Assembly (NCBI GenBank): GCA_004022145.1
Contig: RCNU01000002.1
DNA: 64,000 nucleotides
From: Paecilomyces variotii
Lineage: Eukaryota
Strand: one strand, 5' to 3'
Under the pieces are notes generated by a model. The model made no database searches. It was given only the letters and a program-made list of their open reading frames with translations, and was not told where the DNA came from. The translations under genes and the position numbers were made by a program. Shown piece by piece: positions 60,048 to 64,000 of this stretch. Within the stretch, counting starts at the first letter, position 1. Each line of letters opens with the position of its first letter.

Positions 60048-62537
60048 GATGACAGACTCCTTGGTGGTGCGTCGGAATGGTGGATGCGATTCCAAGATAC
60101 AATACAATTGAGCAATTGATCTTGTTAGGGAAAAGAGAGGGGGGGGAGAAGAGAGGAAGAGAGAAGAGATATGCTATGGTATTTCCACAGACCCTGTTGC
60201 GAGAGAGCAGTCCCTGAACTTGGTCCCGGCCTGGAGGGGAGACCCGATTAATATACTCATCTTTGCGACTGCGTCGGGGAGGTCAGACAAACTCATAGTC
60301 GGGGGGAAAGGGGATCAGCATTCCAGCAACGTGTTGCAGAAGCACAACAGCTTTAGGAGTTGAGAGTGGAGCATGAAGATTGGCTGTCCAAACGATGACG
60401 ATATCGAAGTGCATGTCATCCAAGCTGCACAACCGTCGACAGGCGCGCTGGCAAATAACCTGAGTCTAGCACTCTTCTGGCGCCGGACGGGCTCATAGAT
60501 TGGCCCAAATCGCAAACTGGGGACGGCATAACGCCGTGTTCTTGACCAACCTGGGGTAAATGATGTCTTACGAACGAGAACATAAGGTTGGACCCTCCGT
60601 CCCCGCAAGTGCGGAGAATGCTGACTCGGAATGAGAATCATCAAGACTCATGGAGCGGACTGGCCATTTGATTGAACAGGATCAAAGGAAGTTTCCCCCG
60701 CGCTTTACCCCAGAAAAGCTGGTCGAGTGGCGGAGATTCTAGAGCCATGATCCGATGATCGCCCCTCAATAGCGCTCTTTGGTTGGGTATCATGTCAAGC
60801 TCTGTGGAGATCGGTTCGCTCTCGGCAGTTAATACTGTAAGCACCCTGAGCTTGGCAGTTAAGCAGTCCGAACAAGGTAGATCTACCTGTTCGAGAAGCA
60901 GTGAGCAATTGTTCACATCCAGCACCAATTACTACTTACATATCCTGGGTGAACTCGAATATGCAGAAAGAAGTATACTGCCGTTACTGTCACTTGGGGT
61001 AAGAAGAGAAGATGGAGAATATACCAGGGACGGAACCTCTCCGGGAGCTGTCATAGACTTCAGGAAAGATCCCGTCATGGCGCAATTAAGTTTCGTATAT
61101 CTCTCGTAAAGATCCAAATCCTGCAGCTTGGCTAATTAGTCCCGAAGCATAAATGCACGAAACTTTTGTCGGCCGAATAGGCTCAAATCAGAGCGAGATC
61201 TCTCGTAGCCAAGTCCTCCGGTCCCTGGGCATCGGTGCCTGAGCAGCGCAAAAATCCCTGCACTCCACGAGGCCAAATGTCGATTCTGAGGGGCAAGCGC
61301 GGGGTAGTGTTCTCAACAGACCTGAAGATCTATCCGTGATCTACTCCGTACATAGATACATACAGGAAGGGAGGAGACGGACGGTTCGATTCCCCGTCGA
61401 GCGTTCGGGACGTTTTTGGTCAGGTGAGCCATGGCACGTTCACGCCTCAGGCAACAAAGGCCTTTTTGTTTACTTCGACCTCTAATCGGCCCTTTTGTCA
61501 GGACCGCGTAATAACCCACAAGCAATCCTGCCCTTTGACCAGGGATTAGAGGGCGTTGCGAAGTGGTAGGAGATTTGGTTCATGTAGACCTTTCCTGATA
61601 CTCCCTGAGAAGCGTGAGGACCTTTCCATGGTTGATGCCTAACCCAGGAGGTAATAATAGCCTCTAATATCTCTTCATATGTCTGTCCTACCACTTCGCT
61701 TTTGGAATTCTGTGTTTATTGTATTAGAATCACGATCATGTTCTGCCTTTTTGGTCTGAATCGAAAGGACTACCGGTTAACATGTTGGGACCTGCAATCC
61801 AGATATGTTCTCACGATCTGGTTAGAGCACTCAACTCTGCTGAGAGCGAGGAAACTCCTTCATCTCCAAGACTCTTGCTCTGATAGGCAGTGGCGCAAGG
61901 CCGAGGCAATAAACCTAAACGACGTAATTCGTCCTTGGCACATCCTTTGCAGAGTCCGTTGCGGATATATTTTTTATATTTTTGTCTCCTATACATCCTG
62001 ACACGCTTGAAGAAGATCATATACACCCTGCAAACCTCGAGTTGGAGGGGCCCTCGGCTCCCCACACGTCAATCAATATTATTAGGCTCTAGTAGTGTAT
62101 TCCCACAAACTGGACGAGTCTAAGATGGGCCAGCTTCCTTGCGCAAGACAAATGTCTTCGTGTTTTTTTCGCCTAGGACACCAGTCGGATTTGACGAGAC
62201 TGTCAAGGGAGCGTCAACAGTGATATGGATCTCTTGGATATAGATAATCCACTTCTTCATAGTCTCCCAGTCCGGGACTGACTCTCCAAGCTAGATTTGA
62301 ACAGCATACCTGTTAAACGCCGCACTTAGGATGCGCTCCGTTAAAGGGTCAATTCATCAGTGTCGGTAAAATCTCTAAGTGCTATATTGCCCTGTAATAA
62401 CGATAGCAGCTGATTCGCACATTGCAGGGCAAACCCTATTTCTGCATTTCATGTTGCTCAACCTTAAGAGCATCAAAAGACTTGAAAAGACTTGGGACTT
62501 GACCGCATTCGGTACAAGTATTCTTATCATCCCCGGT

Positions 62538-62561
62538 CACGTGCTGTCTACGGAACCTCGG
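62538..62561 (+). promoter_or_regulatory. E-box (CACGTG) and FarA/FarB-type CCTCGG motif upstream of pex2
   Basis: CACGTG at 62538-62543 and CCTCGG at 62556-62561, about 100-125 bp upstream of the ATG. Further copies at 62052 (CCTCGG) and 61901 (CCGAGG). Confidence 0.4.
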
Positions 62562-62663
62562 TTGCGCGAGACGAGCCGATGGCAATCCGGAGTTCGAGCC
62601 GCCGGTGTTCAGTTACGTCTCCAACTGAGTCCTTCTCTCTGCTTGAACGATCATGGTCGCAAC

Positions 62664-64000
62664 ATGAGTTCTGCAAATTTCGCTGCTGCTCAAAAGCGAG
62701 TTTTGGAGCGCCGTCGCCAGCGTGAAGCTGAAACTCGCGCCCGCATCGCGGAGCAGCAGCGAGCGTCGCGCGTCAACAGAGCTGCTGTGGAGCGGCTCCC
62801 AGCTCCCTTGAACAGACTCTCAGGCGCCGGTCTCGCTCTATGGGATACAGTCAAGGGGCGGGAAGGAACAAGGCCTGCCTTTCGTGTTGGTCAGGTCGAC
62901 GCGGAACTTCTGGATGAGGAGTTGCTGGGACTCTTGAAAGGACAGGTCGGAGAGGCACTGAAATACTTCGGGGTAAGGACACCATTTGGCTCCATGCAGT
63001 CTTCTGTCAGATAGAGACAGAAGTTAATCATTTCTATATTAGCCTCATGTCCGGGATGACTGGTCCAGTGAGATCCAACTTGGGCTGCGCGCTATTCTCT
63101 TCAAGCTCTCTATATGGGACCATAATGCGTCATACGGTGCGGCGCTGCAGAACTTGAAATATACCGATAGTCGGAGTCAGGGCCCTGTCTTTTCGCCTCC
63201 CACGAAATGGCAGAAGATCCTCTATGGTCTGTTCACGGTTGGCGGTCGCTACGCTTGGGACAGATGGGAAAGCTGGTTGATTGACAAGCAAGGTGGTTAT
63301 GAAGAGGTAAGTGTCTGGCTTGTTCTTCTTATTTTGGTGGAACGGGTTTGCTCATAAGACCAGCCTTCATCGGAAGTGCGGCTATTATCGAAGATTACGG
63401 ACATAGTTTCGACGTCGCATTCCATCGCGGCATTTGCCTCCTTCCTTGTCTTCCTAGTGAACGGACGATATCGAACGCTCGTCGATCGGATACTTCGGAT
63501 TCGTCTCACGCCTCCGTCAACTCAGGTTAGTCGTGAGGTATCATTTGAATACCTTAACCGCCAGCTTGTATGGCACGCATTTACCGAATTTCTCTTGTTT
63601 CTGCTACCTCTGGTCGGAATCAGTCGCTGGCGTCGTTGGCTATCGAGAGCTTGGCACAGAACTGTCTCTATTCTGAGAGCAAGCGGTGATGATGCAGAGG
63701 TCCCTGAGAAGCGAGGAGAATTGGCTTTCCTTCCAGAACGAACATGCGCTATCTGTTATCAGGAACAGAATCCCACGTCTACATCGGAGAGTGACGTTAT
63801 TGGAATGTCCGCAGCGTCAGGAGGTATCATCGGTTCTGCTCAAACTGATATCACAAACCCTTACGAAACTATACCATGCGGGTGCATATACTGCTTCGTC
63901 TGTATTGCGCAGAAACTGGAAGCCGAAGGAGGTGAAGGTTGGGTCTGCTTGCGCTGCGGCGAGATCGTAAAGCAGTGCAAGCCTTGGAATGGCGACGTGT
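62664..64000 (+). CDS. PEX2: Peroxisomal RING-finger peroxin Pex2 (3' end beyond the window)
   Basis: FRVGQVDAELLDEEL, ASYGAALQNLKY, GRYRTLVDRILRIRL, VSFEYLNRQLVWHAFTEF, RING CAIC...NPYETIPCGCIYCFVC...CLRCG. Introns 62973-63042 and 63307-63363. Confidence 0.95.

Noticed and set aside
61376-61400. GACGGTTCGATTCCCCGTC resembling a tRNA-Asp T-arm
   Set aside because: The loop geometry is wrong (9 nt) and the upstream sequence cannot form a cloverleaf.

Overview
Genomic DNA from a filamentous ascomycete, most likely Eurotiales-like (inferred from short GT-AG introns with CTRAC branch points, gene content and RIP). Core genes in order: rtc1/WDR24-like WD40 gene, XLF/Nej1-like NHEJ factor, cactin, a forkhead transcription factor, rpl34, an intronless and intein-free prp8, cox4, an NCS1 (purine-cytosine permease family) transporter, an ERD2-like receptor, a GPR1/FUN34/YaaH transporter and pex2 (truncated at the window end). 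Three things stand out. (1) A TPP riboswitch lies on the minus strand in the 5' intron of the NCS1 permease, with a recognisable splice-site-masking expression platform. (2) Four divergent Myb/SANT-like genes lie within about 20 kb and all share a phase-0 intron at the same position in a Myb repeat. (3) A ~9.1 kb RIP-degraded Mutator-like DNA transposon has ~350 bp TIRs, a relic DDE transposase, a convergent Cys-rich second ORF and a nested TA-flanked TIR element. Exon boundaries were read by eye and no database searches were run.
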